64,000 nucleotides of DNA, from assembly GCA_950097015.1 (NCBI GenBank), contig CATNEN010000003.1:10168001-10232000 (forward strand), written 5' to 3'. Below the pieces are notes generated by a model. The model worked only from the letters and a program-made list of their open reading frames with translations, was not told where the DNA came from and did no database searches. Origin of the DNA: Macrostomum hystrix (lineage: Eukaryota > Animalia > Platyhelminthes). Made by a program: the position numbers and the translations under genes. Below, piece by piece: positions 39,484-52,700 of the stretch; position 1 is the stretch's first letter, and the number at the start of each line of letters is the position of its first letter.

Positions 39484-40932
39484 TCAATACTCTATGGCAG
39501 CAAGTCCAGAATCATCCGTCATTTTTGGCTCAGTTTCCACCGCCGCTTCCTGACTGTCCTCGCCCCAGCCATCGTCAGCCGGCTCCTCGGAGTCGCCTCG
39601 CCAGGACGCTTCCCGCAGTGGCCAGGGTCTGCGTCCAAGAAACAGACAGCCGCCAGTTTTCGGCCTCCTTAAATGGCTGTAGAAATTCTCGGAGAAGCGT
39701 GGCAGCCGATCTGGCAGCTCGGGTGGCGCATTGTTCGGCGAAGACGCCAATGTCACCGCCGACTGAATCTGGCGACGATTCAATTCACGTGCAATGAACG
39801 CCTCAGACGCCAGACAGGCGTGGAAGGCGACAGTTGTTGCAGCGGCGTCGAATGCCGCATCGATGGAAGCGGCAGCCTCGGCGGCTGTCATTACCTTCAA
39901 CTCCGGAGCCGATGAATCTTCCTGATCTTCGCCTGAAGCCGGAGTCAACGCACTGTTCACTGGTCTGGGAGGCATCAGGGGCCGTAGCGGCCGAGTTCGG
40001 CCAGTCAGGCGACGCTTTTTTCGACGACCAGCGGCTTCCTCCGTCGCTGCGGTGAATGGACGCCTTTGATTCACCCCGCAGCTGCCAGAGCTGATGTCGC
40101 CAGAGACAGCCAGCTGGCTGATCAGACAGTCCAGTCTGGCCAGTCGCTGCCGATTGCGCATGCACAACGGACAGTCCTCGCATTTGTCGGATTGTTCGAC
40201 GGTGGTCAGCTGACTAGGCGGCGGAGGCGGCAGGGGCCGCGCCAGCAGGCAGTAGCTGGCTTCCAAAGGACTCGGCGCCGATGGCAGAGCAGCTGTTGCC
40301 GGTCTTGTTGTCGATGTTAGCCGAACAAACTGCGCCTGTCCGCTGTCAGACCGACGCTGTGTAGATCTCCCCGATGCCATTGGCTGCGGCTGCTGATGAC
40401 CTTGACGATCCAGGCCGACGCCGGACAGGCGGATGGCGTCGAGATCGGCGTCTAAGCAGGCTCGAGCGCGGGCTTGACGACGGATTTCGGCGCCGATGGC
40501 TCGCCCGACGCCTGCAGTCCCAACTGGAAAGGCTGCTGGCTGCTGAAGTGCCTGCGGCTGCAGAGCTGGCACCACCCGGCGGACTGCGCTGAAAGTCACG
40601 GACCTGCGCAGTCGATCGTCTCCTTCCGGCTTTGCGGACTCTTCGCAATCTGGACGCTGGGCATTGCGCAGAATTCCGCCGTTTGCGCCACCGAAGCCTC
40701 TGCCGCCGCTGCCGCTGCCGCTGCCGCTGCTGCCGCTGCCGCTGCTGCTGCTGCAACCGGCCAAGATTTTATTAAGACTTCCTCTGCCTCGGAGGCAGTG
40801 TGAGGCGTCCAATGAGACGTAGTGTGTGCGCACAGGTTTCTCGCTGCTGTCAGCCAAGCGCCGCGTTCGCTTCGGCTCGAGAACCCGCAGCTCAGTCAGC
40901 ACTGTTGGCGCTCTGCTTTGGGCGGCAATCAT
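39484..40932 (-). CDS. Uncharacterised low-complexity protein (482 aa)
   Basis: Long non-repetitive GC-rich ORF with ATG start and upstream TATA-like and X-box motifs; no recognisable domain. Confidence 0.6.
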   Translation of the reverse strand: MIAAQSRAPTVLTELRVLEPKRTRRLADSSEKPVRTHYVSLDASHCLRGRGSLNKILAGCSSSSGSGSSGSGSGSGGRGFGGANGGILRNAQRPDCEESAKPEGDDRLRRSVTFSAVRRVVPALQPQALQQPAAFPVGTAGVGRAIGAEIRRQARARACLDADLDAIRLSGVGLDRQGHQQPQPMASGRSTQRRSDSGQAQFVRLTSTTRPATAALPSAPSPLEASYCLLARPLPPPPPSQLTTVEQSDKCEDCPLCMRNRQRLARLDCLISQLAVSGDISSGSCGVNQRRPFTAATEEAAGRRKKRRLTGRTRPLRPLMPPRPVNSALTPASGEDQEDSSAPELKVMTAAEAAASIDAAFDAAATTVAFHACLASEAFIARELNRRQIQSAVTLASSPNNAPPELPDRLPRFSENFYSHLRRPKTGGCLFLGRRPWPLREASWRGDSEEPADDGWGEDSQEAAVETEPKMTDDSGLAAIEY

Positions 40933-41125
40933 TCCTGACTACGCAGCTGGAGATCGTGTTCCATAGGCCTCTACTTTATAATCCCAAGCAGGGCGCAGAC
41001 GTTAGGAAGAAAGCCTCCTCAGCTTGAGCCTCCTTTCATTGTTGCAACTTCCGGGAAGTCTGCAGACTGCAGCTGCACGGCACAATGACCGCCTATGGGG
41101 ATGCGTAACACATAGCCCAGTACTG

Positions 41126-41139
41126 GTTGCCATGGTGAC
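41126..41139. promoter_or_regulatory. RFX X-box motif
   Basis: GTTGCCATGGTGAC (reverse complement GTCACCATGGCAAC) fits the X-box consensus; ~200 bp upstream of the 40932 ATG; tataaa on the minus strand at ~40975-40980. Confidence 0.55.
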
Positions 41140-41309
41140 GGTGATACTGTGCGATGGCCACGATGGGAAGGAAATTCATTCGATGAGTGGAACTGCCTGT
41201 ACAGAGACATTCTGCGATTAGCATGGGATTTTGTGTTAAACCGGGTCCTAATTTTTCCTGAATTTTATGGCTGAATTATAACTTATAATGACTGCAGCAG
41301 GAATATAGG

Positions 41310-41760
41310 AATTGGAGATAGAATGTGGGAAGATGGGACAGAATGTGGGAAGATAGGATTGAATGTGGGAAGATGGGATTGAATATGGGAAGATGGGATT
41401 GAATGTGGGAACATGGGACAGAATGTGGGCAGTATGGATTGAATGTAGGAAGATGGGATTGAATGTAGGAAGATGGGATTGAATGTGGGTAGATGGGATT
41501 GAATGTGGGAACATGGGACAGAATGTGGGCAGTATGGATTGAATGTAGGAAGATGGGATAGAATGTGGGAAGATGGGATTGAATGTAGGAAGATGGGATA
41601 GAATGTGGGAAGATGGGATTGAATGTAGGAAGATGGGATTGAATGTGGGAAGATGGGATTGAATGTAGGAAGATAAGACAGAATGTGGGAAGACAAGACA
41701 GAATGTGAGAAGATTGGACAGGGTGTGAGAAATCGGTATTGAACTTGGGAAGATAAGACA
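41310..41760. repeat. 20-bp minisatellite
   Basis: gaatgtgggaagatgggatt array. Confidence 0.92.
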
Positions 41761-42923
41761 GATTCCTCATCAATTCATCATTACATTCGGCAAAACGAAT
41801 AATATTTTTGAAGCTACTTAAAGTAGACTAAAGGTGCACGAAATCTAGATTAACACAACACACTGTAAAGAGTACGAGGATGTGATAACTCGTATAATTC
41901 AATTACTTGAATTATTACTAGTATTACTAAGCGCATTGAAACCAATTATATTAGATTTATATTGTTCTTTGCATTGTCATTCTTCCTCGCAGACAGTTTC
42001 TGGGCTTCTGGGCCCGAGGCTGGGACAGATTGGAGGGAGGTCTCGTCAATGCGGAGGGAGGTGGGTGCCACGTGCTTGGCGCCTTCGCCTCTGTGCGGGG
42101 AGGGAGGGGGTTGGTGAGTCGCTGCCACGTGCGGGGAGGGAGGTGGGTGCGGCGGCCCCACCCAGGTTTCTCTTCTGCAGCTGCGAGAGCCGCCTCCATT
42201 CTACCCGCCTCAGTCCGCAGCTGCGCATTGTGGCTAGGCCAGTTTGAACTGGTTTTAACCACACCCCACAGCCTGTCAAACTAATTCGCATTGTGCTCAA
42301 CAACTCCAGCTTTTCATCGTTCGGAAACATCTTTCAAAGAATGCTTAAAGTGTGCTCAGAAGCCCCATTGAGCACAGAGTCTCTGGCTGAAGGCAGTGGC
42401 TTTCAAGACAATAGCGGGCTGTGTTAGGCACACTGGGCAGATACAAATACTATGTCATTTTAAAGCTAGGGAAAAAACTAAACAAAATTAGCAATATACA
42501 GCTCATTTTGCTGCTCTAGCTAGCAAATGGCCTCGCGGTGATGGCAAGAATTTAGAATAGGATTTAGGACAGGTTTTAGGACAGGGTTTAGGGCAGGGTT
42601 TAGGGCAGGGTTTAGGTTAACGGCAGGTTTAGGCAGGGTTTATGTCAGTGTAAAATGAAGGTATTGAAGGTCCAGACTCAAGGATCAATGTTGTTAGATC
42701 AGAGGAATCGAGTTCAGAATTTGCTCTAATTTCCAGCCTAATCATCTAGACTCAGGAGGTTTTAGTCCCACGGTTAGAGCTTCGATTTCTAATTGTATTT
42801 CTAATTGGAATACTTCGTATCAAATCGAAGTATTCGACAGTCAGAATCGCAGCAACCGACTGTTCTCAAAGTAATCTCAAACATTGTCTGAGCAGCGACC
42901 CCACTCAGTTTTCTTTGTATGAC

Positions 42924-43030
42924 ATTCTCTCTGTCTCCATCTGCCATTCTCTCTGTCTCCATCTGCCATTCTCTCTGTCTCCATCTGCCATTCTCTCTGT
43001 CTCCATCTGCCATTCTCTCTGTCTTCATCT
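42924..43030. repeat. 22-bp minisatellite (short copy of the 47.5-48.5 kb array)
   Basis: ctccatctgccattctctctgt. Confidence 0.85.
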
Positions 43031-43924
43031 CTCATTCGCAGCTTATCCAATGTGACACAATTCACAAATCGAGCAGTCAAAGCAGAGAATAGAGAGCAGA
43101 GGAGTGGAGTCTGTGAACAGCTGCAGCCTCATCACAGCGGAGGGAGGTGGGTGAGTCGCACAGGCCTATTGTGTCGAAGAAGGCAGGCCCGAGCTGGAGT
43201 CTGCGAGGTAACGTGCGAGTGGCCGCGGCTGCCACGGGCTCAGCGCCTTCGACTCCGTGCGGGGAGGCCCGTCAGGAGAGGCTGCGAATTGTTCAGAGAC
43301 TGCGGACCCTGCTCAGAGCCAGTGCACCCCATACAATGAGGCAGCCAGTTTACCTCTGTCTCAGCTTCATTGTGTTGCTAAGGCCCTTCAATTCAGTGAG
43401 TTCAGTGACTCAACTGTGCTCAACTCGGTGTCTGCTAATAAAATACTGCAGCTTTTTCTCGGCTTGCAACACGGCTTCTATGCCACACAATGCACTGAGT
43501 GTGCTCAGAAGCCCCTTGAGCACAGGGTCTCTGGTAGGAAGCGGTGGCTCTCTAAACAATAGCTTTGAATGTTCTCAAACTCATAAAATACATTACTCAT
43601 TCTCAGCCCAACTCAGTTAGTGTGTCTCTTGCTAAGGCCGGAGTTTGAGAAGCTGTGACTGCTCATTGTGCTCGGACAACCCGTCAGCACAATGTCTGCA
43701 CAATGGATGGGAGTGGGTTGGCTGACCCATTATTTACAGCCTCTCTGATTAATTGTGCACAGACAGGGCCATGCTCAACTCGATGTGAGCAGAATCCAGT
43801 CTGCTTTTTGGTTTTGACTTGCCCCGCCCCCCCAATTTTCTGAGGCTGCAAGTCCAAAAAATATCGAGTGCTCAAACAAAACTATAGCCTTTTTCTCACC
43901 TTTTCCGCATTATTGCTGACTGCT

Positions 43925-45250
43925 TTCTGTCTGCTTCTGTCCTCACCTCTGTCTGTTTCTCCCCTCATCTGTCTGTTTCTCCCCTCATCTCTGTCTGTTT
44001 CTCCCCTCATCTGTCTGTTTCTCCCCTCATCTCTGTCTGTTTCTCCTCTCATCTCTGTCTGTTTCTCCCCTCATTTGTCTGTCTGATTCTCCCCTCATCT
44101 GTCTGTTTCTCCCCTCATCTGTCTGTTTCTCCCCTCATCTGTCTGTTTTTCCCCTCATCTGTCTGTTTCTCCCCTCATCTGTCTGATTCTCCCCTCATCT
44201 GTCTGTTTCTCCCCTCATCCGTCTGTTTCTCCCCTCATCTGTCTGTTTCTCCCCTCATCTCTGTCTGTTTCTCCCCTCATCTCTGTCTGTTTCTCCCCTC
44301 ATCTCTGTCTGTTTCTCCCCTCATCTCTGTCTGTTTCTCCCCTCACCTCCGTCTATTTCTCCCCTCATCTCTTTCTGTTTCTCCCCTCACCTCCGTCTAT
44401 TTCTCCCCTCATCTCTTTCTGTTTCTCCCCTCATCTCTGTCTGTTTCTCCCCTCATCTCTGTCTGTTTCTCCCCTCACCTCCGTCTATTTCTCCCCTCAT
44501 CTCTTTCTGTTTCTCCCCTCACCTCCGTCTATTTCTCCCCTCATCTCTTTCTGTTTCTCCCATCATCTCTGTATGTTTCTCCTCTCATCTCTGTCTGTTT
44601 CTCCCCTCACCTCCGTCTATTTCTCCCCTCATCTCTTTCTGTTTCTCCCCTCACCTCCGTCTATTTCTCCCCTCATCTCTTTCTGTTTCTCCCCTCATCT
44701 CTGTCTGTTTCTCCCCTCATCTCTGTCTGTTTCTCCCCTCACCTCCGTCTATTTCTCCCCTCATCTCTTTCTGTTTCTCCCCTCACCTCCGTCTATTTCT
44801 CCCCTCATCTCTTTCTGTTTCTCCCCTCATCTCTGTCTGTTTCTCCCCTCATCTCTTTCTGTTTCTCCCCTCACCTCCGTCTATTTCTCCCCTCATCTCT
44901 TTCTGTTTCTCCCCTCACCTCCGTCTATTTCTCCCCTCATCTCTTTCTGTTTCTCCCCTCATCTCTGTCTGTTTCTCCCCTCACCTCCGTCTATTTCTCC
45001 CCTCATCTCTTTCTGTTTCTCCCCTCATCTCTGTCTGTTTCTCCCCTCATCTCTGTCTGTTTCTCCCCTCACCTCCGTCTATTTCTCCCCTCATCTCTTT
45101 CTGTTTCTCCCCTCACCTCCGTCTATTTCTCCCCTCATCTCTTTCTGTTTCTCCCCTCATCTCTGTCTGTTTCTCCCCTCACCTCCGTCTATTTCTCCCC
45201 TCATCTCTTTCTGTTTCTCCCCTCATCTCTGTCTGTTCCTTTCCTCATCT
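43925..45250. repeat. 20/22-bp pyrimidine minisatellite
   Basis: ttctcccctcatctctgtctgt and variants. Confidence 0.94.
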
Positions 45251-46491
45251 CTGAATTTGAAGAAGTTGAAGCTGTAGATAACATGAGCACACTCAGTATC
45301 TGGGCGCCAACCCAGCACAGCAATGAGACCCTCCCGCAGGTAAAAACGCAGCCAAAGGGTGCCCGAGAGGCAGAGGCTGGACTGAGAATAGACTCCAGTC
45401 TGTCCAAAGCGATCTAACGCAACCAATGCTCAGCCAAACCTGCAGTCTTTGAGCTTGTCCTGCATGCCAACCTGCCACTTATGCACATTTCAGCTATGCA
45501 AAGCAGATAAATGTGCTCCATTTAAATCATCATCTTTACTCACAAGCGTTGCTAACAACAACAAAACTGCAGCCCACCCTGCTGGATGAAAATACTCACA
45601 CAGAAACAGCAGACTTGCATATTACGAGCGTCAGAATGAAAGCATGCGAGATAAATTTACCAAATCAAAGTTTATCCTTTGAACTCAAATAAAAAACACA
45701 AAGCAAATTCTTACTGTAACATTGTTAAGAAGTGAGCACACTTGAGCATACATGTCGATTGGAACCTCATGGTGAATATCGCATTTAAAATAGTTAACAA
45801 CAATATTCATACTGATGTAATTATATATTTTATTAACAACTCGATACATTAGCAACTGTATACGAGTATATTTAAACTGTGCTCAACTCATTGTCTGCTT
45901 GAGAATGCTTTTTCGGGAGGCAATTCAAAGGCTCACAGTGTGCTCAGAATTGCCCTTTGAGACAAGTGTAGTGGTGCTCACTGAACAATAGCAGCTGCTG
46001 TGCCAATGACAAAACAAAACTAAAATCATTGGCTTTGTAAAGATCAGCAACTTCCGAAAAACTGATTGAAATAAAAAGGCAACACTGCTCAAATGTTAGC
46101 AGCCAGTTTAATTAGCATTTCAAGCAGCCGCATGAGCTGAAGCCTGGACGGACAGATAAGAGAAAATCACACTGCTTAGATAGGTTTAGCCATAGACAGA
46201 AAATTAATTGCAAAAAGCCAGTGCATTTTGGTCAGGTGATAACAGCTGCTGAAAGCCGTTTTCTGATAAATCTGCGAATGAATATGTTAAACAAATCCCA
46301 TTCAATATGGGTCACGAGGTCTGGGATCTTTTTGATTCAGATACAGGCTTCAGTTGAATGGTTGAGATCTGAGAGATTGAGCATATTTGGTGAGGAATAA
46401 GAAAGCTGTTGAGGATTCAGACTTCAGGATTCGGGATATGAAATAAGGGATAAAATTTTTTTTTTATTTCTAGGTTTTGTATGTTTATTTT

Positions 46492-46828
46492 GGGCTGTGG
46501 ATTCAGGGTTGTGGATTCAGGGCTGTGGATTCAGGGCTGTGGATTCAGGGTTGTGGATTCAGGGTTGTGGATTCAGGGTTGTGGATTCAGGGTTGTGGAT
46601 TCAGGTCTGTGGATTCAGGTCTGTGGATTCAGGTCTGTGGATTCAGGTCTGAGGATTCAGGTCTGTGGATTCAGGTCTGTGGATTCAGGTCTGTGGATTC
46701 AGGGTTGTGGATTCAGGGTTGTGGATTCAGGGCTGTGGATTCAGGGCTGTGGATTCAGGGCTGTGGATTCAGGGCTGTGGATTCAGGGCTGTGGATTCAG
46801 GGCTGTGGATTCAGGGCTGTGGATTCAG
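46492..46828. repeat. 14-bp minisatellite
   Basis: gtggattcagg(gc/gt/tc)t. Confidence 0.93.
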
Positions 46829-47507
46829 GATGGTGAAAGTCATTGGTCGACTTTGCAGGCAGGCCGGCTCACACTGTTCTCAAACTCATAAAATCATGAA
46901 CTCAGCAGCGGCCCCATCCATTGTTCTCAACCCATCTCAGCCTGCCTGTCTGCTGCTAAGGCCGCAGTTTGAGAAGCTGTGACTGCTCACTGTGCTCAGA
47001 TAAACCCCTCAGCACAATGCCTCTGTCTGGGAGTGGGGTGGCTGCCCCTTAGTTACAGCCTCTCTTGATAATTGTGTTCACACAGTACCGTGCTCAACTC
47101 GATGCTGAGCAGAATCTGGCCTGCTACACATCGGGCGGCGACCCCCTCCAGCCCTTAAAGTCGAGCTCTGACAGCAGGGAATAAAGGGGAGAGGACAGGA
47201 CAGAAGCGGAGAGACTGCGGTTCAGCCTCATCGGAGCGGAGGGAGGTGGGTGAGTCCACAGGCCCATTGTGTCGGAGAAGGCGGGCCCGAGATGCCTTTG
47301 CCTTCGCCTCGGTGCTTAGAGGGGCCATCAGGAGAGGCTGCGAAAATTGTATAGAATTCGCGAGCCCTGCTCAGAGCGGAGGGCGGAGGGCGGAGGGATG
47401 TGAGTACGGCAGCTCAGCTTGGCCCTGCAGTTTGGACTGGCTTTTGCCGCACCCGCGGCATCCCTAATTAACTGGCATTGTGCTCAGCTGCTGCTGTGCT
47501 CTCCGCT

Positions 47508-48537
47508 TCTGTCTTCATCTGCCATTCTCTGTCTCCATCTGCCATTCTCTCTGTCTCCATCTGCCATTCTCTGTCTCCATCTGCCATTCTCTGTCTCCAT
47601 CTGCCATTCTCTCTGTCTCCATCTGCCATTCTCTCTGTCTCCATCTGCCATTCTCTGTCTCCATCTGCCATTCTCTCTGTCTCCATCTGCCATTCTCTGT
47701 CTCCATCTGCCATTCTCTGTCTCCATCTGCCATTCTCTGTCTCCATCTGCCATTCTCTGTCTCCATCTGCCATTCTCTCTGTCTCCATCTGCCATTCTCT
47801 GTCTCCATCTGCCATTCTCTCTGTCTCCATCTGCCATTCTCTCTGTCTCCATCTCCCATTCTCTCTGTCTCCATCTGCCATTCTCTGTCTCCATCTGCCA
47901 TTCTCTCTGTCTCCATCTGCCATTCTCTGTCTCCATCTGCCATTCTCTCTGTCTCCATCTGCCATTCTCTGTCTCCATCTGCCATTCTCTCTGTCTCCAT
48001 CTGCCATTCTCTGTCTCCATCTGCCATTCTCTCTGTCTCCATCTGCCATTCTCTGTCTCCATCTGCCATTCTCTGTCTCCATCTGCCATTCTCTCTGTCT
48101 CCATCTGCCATTCTCTCTGTCTCCATCTGCCATTCTCTGTCTCCATCTGCCATTCTCTGTCTCCATCTGCCATTCTCTCTGTCTCCATCTGCCATTCTCT
48201 CTGTCTCCATCTGCCATTCTCTGTCTCCATCTGCCATTCTCTCTGTCTCCATCTGCCATTCTCTCTGTCTCCATCTGCCATTCTCTGTCTCCATCTGCCA
48301 TTCTCTCTGTCTCCATCTGCCATTCTTTGTCTCCATCTGCCATTCTCTGTCTCCATCTGCCATTCTCTCTGTCTCCATCTGCCATTCTCTCTGTCTCCAT
48401 CTGCCATTCTCTCTGTCTCCATCTGCCATTCTCTCTGTCTCCATCTGCCATTCTCTCTGTCTCCATCTGCCATTCTCTCTGTCTCCATCTGCCATTCTCT
48501 CTGTCTCCATCCGCCATTCTCTCTGTCTCCATCTGCA
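47508..48537. repeat. 20/22-bp minisatellite
   Basis: ctccatctgccattctct(ct)gt. Confidence 0.96.
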
Positions 48538-48745
48538 TGGGGATTTGTGATCGAGGGCCAGGATCAGGTTTAGGGATGACGCTTCGATAATCCGGATTCG
48601 GATAGGGAACTTCATTATCGTTTCGGGATCGGATTTTCAGCCTTTGGTGGCCAGGATTTTTTTAGGGATCAGGGTTGGTGATTAGGGTTGGGAATCAGTG
48701 TTTGGGATCAGGGTAAGGGATCTGGGTTGGGGAACACTGATACAG

Positions 48746-48976
48746 TCTGTGTTAGACTGTGTCTGTGTTAGACTGTGTCAGTGTTAGACTGTGTCAGTGT
48801 TAGACTGTGTCTGTGTTAGACTGTGTCTGTGTTAGACTGTGTCTGTGTTAGACTGTGTCTGTGTTAGACTGTGTCTGTGTTAGACTGTGTCTGTGTTAGA
48901 CTGTGTCTGTGTTAGACTGTGTCTGTGTTAGACTGTGTCTGTGTTAGACTGTGTCTGTGTTAGACTGTGTCTGTGT
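48746..48976. repeat. 16-bp minisatellite
   Basis: tgtgttagactgtgtc. Confidence 0.93.
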
Positions 48977-49304
48977 CAAACATTCATCTATTCTTATACA
49001 TGACGATTGTTTACCATTACATTTGTGGGGCTGAAGTGCTTGTTTCTATGGAAACAGAGCCAGAGAAAGGGTGGTCCAAGATATCTGGGTTTGAGGTCTG
49101 GATTTTGGAACATATTTCTATTTTTGTACGAGCTATTTAGGATTATGGGAAGGATTTAGGAAAACATTTTGGTATTCGAGATGAGACTCGGCATCCAGGT
49201 TTCGGATCTGATTAAGAAAGACTCGTGAGTGTTACCTTTGGGATCACATGGTTTGCTCTTGGCATTGTGATTAACAGTGAAAACAAATTCACTCAGCACT
49301 GGCT

Positions 49305-49616
49305 TTGCCTGAAGTTCGATGGTCACTGGCCTGAAGATTGATAGTCACTGGCCTGAAGATTGATAGTCACTGGCCTGAAGTTCGATGGACACTGGCCTGA
49401 AGTTCGATAGTCACTGGCCTGAAGTTCGATGGTCACTGGCCTGAAGTTCGATGGTCACTGGCCTGAAGTTCGATGGTCACTGGCCTGAAGTTCGATGGTC
49501 ACTGGCCTGAAGTTCGATGGTCACTGGCCTGAAGTTTAATGGTCACTGGCCTGAAGTTCGATGGTCACTGGCCTGAAGTTCGATGGTCACTGGCCTGAAG
49601 TTCGATGGTCACTGGC
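49305..49616. repeat. 22-bp minisatellite just downstream of the ANK-cGLR gene
   Basis: gatggtcactggcctgaagttc; the family recurs at 63918-64000. Confidence 0.92.
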
Positions 49617-49798
49617 AGGACTCACTCACAAAGCACGAGCCTAAAGTTCAATGTTTACTGCCCTAAATTTTGATAGTCACTGTCCTTAATTTCTGCAGGA
49701 TTTGAGGCCGTTTTCATATCCACATTTATCATCGCTTTGCAGTCGATCATGGAATTGCTGTTAAAATGTGTATTTTGGTTTGCTTTTGGTTGAATTGT

Positions 49799-52700
49799 CT
49801 ACTTGGCATCAACGTTAGGGTCACAAACACACAGCACCTGCAGCATTTTGATCCACAACAAGGTTTTTTTCTTGGTATACAATTGGTCTATGCGATCTTC
49901 ACCTTGGTCTTGGCGATCTTCACCTTGGTCTTGGCGATCTTCACCTTGGTCTTGGCGATCTTCACCTTGGTCTTGGCGATCTTCACCTTGGTCCTGGCGA
50001 TCTTCACCTTGGTCTTGGCGATCTTCACCTTGACTGCTCAGCCTCTCAATCTTCCGCTGCAGCCACTCCGGCAGCCGGCACAGCTCGTGAGTGATTCTTC
50101 TGCGCAGCAGCTGCAGCAGCTCCAGATCGCCGCAGATCGCCGCAGCAACCAGCAGCTCCTGCTCATCAGCATCCTTCGTCTGTTCCACATCCCGGATCCA
50201 TTTTTGGTCGCGCCCGTCTCCTGCTCTTGTCAGCTGATTGCGAAGAGCCCGCAGCAGAGCGTCAAAGTTCAGGTAGAACCAGTCTTCGTAGTTCTCCATC
50301 TGCAGCGGAAAGCAGCTAGTAAAGACTTCGCGCTCAATGGGCAGCTTCGGTCGCTCGTCAAACCTGAAGCAGAATTTCCAGGCGGAGTCTCGGCTCCTCA
50401 GGTGCTGCCACACAAAATCCGCAGTGGCCTCACTCGCCGACCTCTCAGCTCCCCAATCGATGCCTCTGCTCGCACTGAACGGCCCGCAGTCGCTTACAAC
50501 TCTCGCTGCACTGAGTCGGTCGCCGAACTTGAGGCAGGCCAGCGCTCTGAGAGACTCTCGCGCTGATCGGGCGCAGTCTGGCAGTTTGTCGATCAGCTCT
50601 GCGAGACTCTCTCGGGATTGCGGGCTGCGGTCTCCATCGGACAGACGAAGCACCAACTCTCTCACGATGTCGTAGATCTCGTGGAACTCGCATGTCTTGG
50701 CTTCTGACACGGGTCTGTCATAGAGTACAGGCAGGATGAGGAACGGGTGGAAGTGGAATCGGCCCGAGTCGGTGACAGGTCGCAGACTGTCCTCGAACTG
50801 CAACAGCAGCTGAGGCAGCTCAGCCATGGCGTCTCTCAATGCGCCGGCTGCCCGATTCAACGCTTCGCTCACACTCTCAGCTGATGTGGGCGACTTCAAG
50901 CCTCTCAGGTACACAGCGGCATCGCTCAGGAAGAAGTGCTCCAGGATCCGACCGTCAGGTGTGTCTGATCTGCAGCCGCTCTCCACACCGTCAAGCAGCA
51001 TCTGCAGCGAGCGCCTCGTGAGACTCACGAGATTCTCCGGCTTCCACTGCTCAGCCGGTGTCTCCTCCAGCATTCGGAACGTGACGGTCTTTGCGTGATA
51101 GGACTTGAAGCCGACGTTTGAGATTTTCTTCTTCAGCAGCCACTTGAGTGTGACGAACAGCTGGCCTTGCAGAGTGCTGAGACTCCGCAGCAGTCGCCTC
51201 TCCAGGAAGCTGCTGCTCACTCGGAGCTGCTGGCCCCCCATTCCGGGAGGAGCTGCGTGCACCACGTGACAGGGCGATGAGGCAGAGGTGAGGTCTCGCT
51301 GGAGCGACTGCAGCACGGACTGGGGGATGTTGGAGTTGGAGACTCTTGGTGGCTGCAGTGGCGCGATGGGAGGGTAGCGGCAGAGGCGGCGGGCGGTGAC
51401 TTCGTCCACAGCCGGTCTCAGGGCGGAGCCATTCCATGAATCGGCTGGGTTGGAGGCTGGAGGAATGGGAAGTGCGAAAAACATTGCAAATGCCACCAGA
51501 TTTCAATTAGATAGTAACAAAACTAATTCTCTACTTTATTTCATGATATCTGTTAGCAGGGCAACAATCCAAGCAGGAAAAAATGTGCCAAGATGGTTTT
51601 TGTAGTCTGAAAACTTTGGCTAGGGCTAACATTGCTAGTTAACTAACAGTTTGCTGGATTCATGCAAAGTGGCACGAGAAACAGTTCCTGTCAATGAGTG
51701 GTATAGTTGCGAGACGCTAAAATAGGACATGAAATAGAATAGGACATTAGATTTTGGCATATAAAAATAATTATGCACGACAAATTTTTAATTAAATCAA
51801 ATTTGGATTGTTTTCCCTGTTTGTTGTTTGCTTTAGAAAGCCAAAGAAGATGAGCAGGCCAAACACATGCTCAATTCTTGTCCCAGCCATCCCGACAGTC
51901 TCTGGCAGGAAATTCTCACCGAATCCGGAGCTCAGGATGTGGCCATTGCTGAGCTCCCCTGTCTGAGCAGCCTCCACTCGGTCGCACTCGCACACATCTC
52001 TCGGGTGAATCGGCCTTCCTGGAATCAGCTGAATAACATCGATGTCAGAGTCGATGTCAGTTCCGCCATCCAGAGAGACCAGGCTGTTGCCCCAGGCCTC
52101 AGAGAAGCTGCCCACAGCGAACCAGTTCTCAGAGTTCAATCTCTTCCTGAGAACATTCTGCAAGACGTCAGCCACAGCGATCTGCAAGGCGGCTCTGGAG
52201 TCCACGAATCCCGACTGAGAGAGCTTGGAGTGCAGCTGCTGGCTCAGCTCTGCGTCGCTGGGTGTGGCTCTGAAGGGTGAGAGGAGGCGGCAGTGCTGAG
52301 TTTCAGTCAGGCTGGGAGGCTCTGAAGGGTGAGAGGAGGCGGCAGTGCTGAGTTTCAGTGACGCTGGGAGGCTCTGAAGCCTATATCTGAAGACAATCAG
52401 TTCCGAACTTCAGCTCTCAGATGTCGAGTCTGATTACTCTGAGAATCCGAAGTCTCACATTATCTAAGAACACTGACTGTTCAGGTCACTTTGACAAGAA
52501 ACAGGAGCTCCTACCTGTTCTGCTTCTCAGGCAAAGGTGCGGAGGATCCACGGCCCAGCAGGTCAACCACTAGGTCATGGCCGATTTCCGTGGCGATTCG
52601 CAGAGCAGCTTCGAGCAAGTCAGGGCTATGAACGAACTCCATGAGTGACTCGACAACACTGAGGTGGCCGTTCTGTGATGCAATGTAGAGAGGTGACTCG

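Noticed and set aside
38588-39672. Hydrophobic 200-326 aa ORFs
   Set aside because: 20-bp pyrimidine satellite translations
42555-42645. Telomere-like (ggtttagggca) repeats
   Set aside because: Short and degenerate with ~11-bp period; not a (TTAGGG)n tract
47419-48615. ORFs in all six frames
   Set aside because: 20/22-bp satellite with no stop codons
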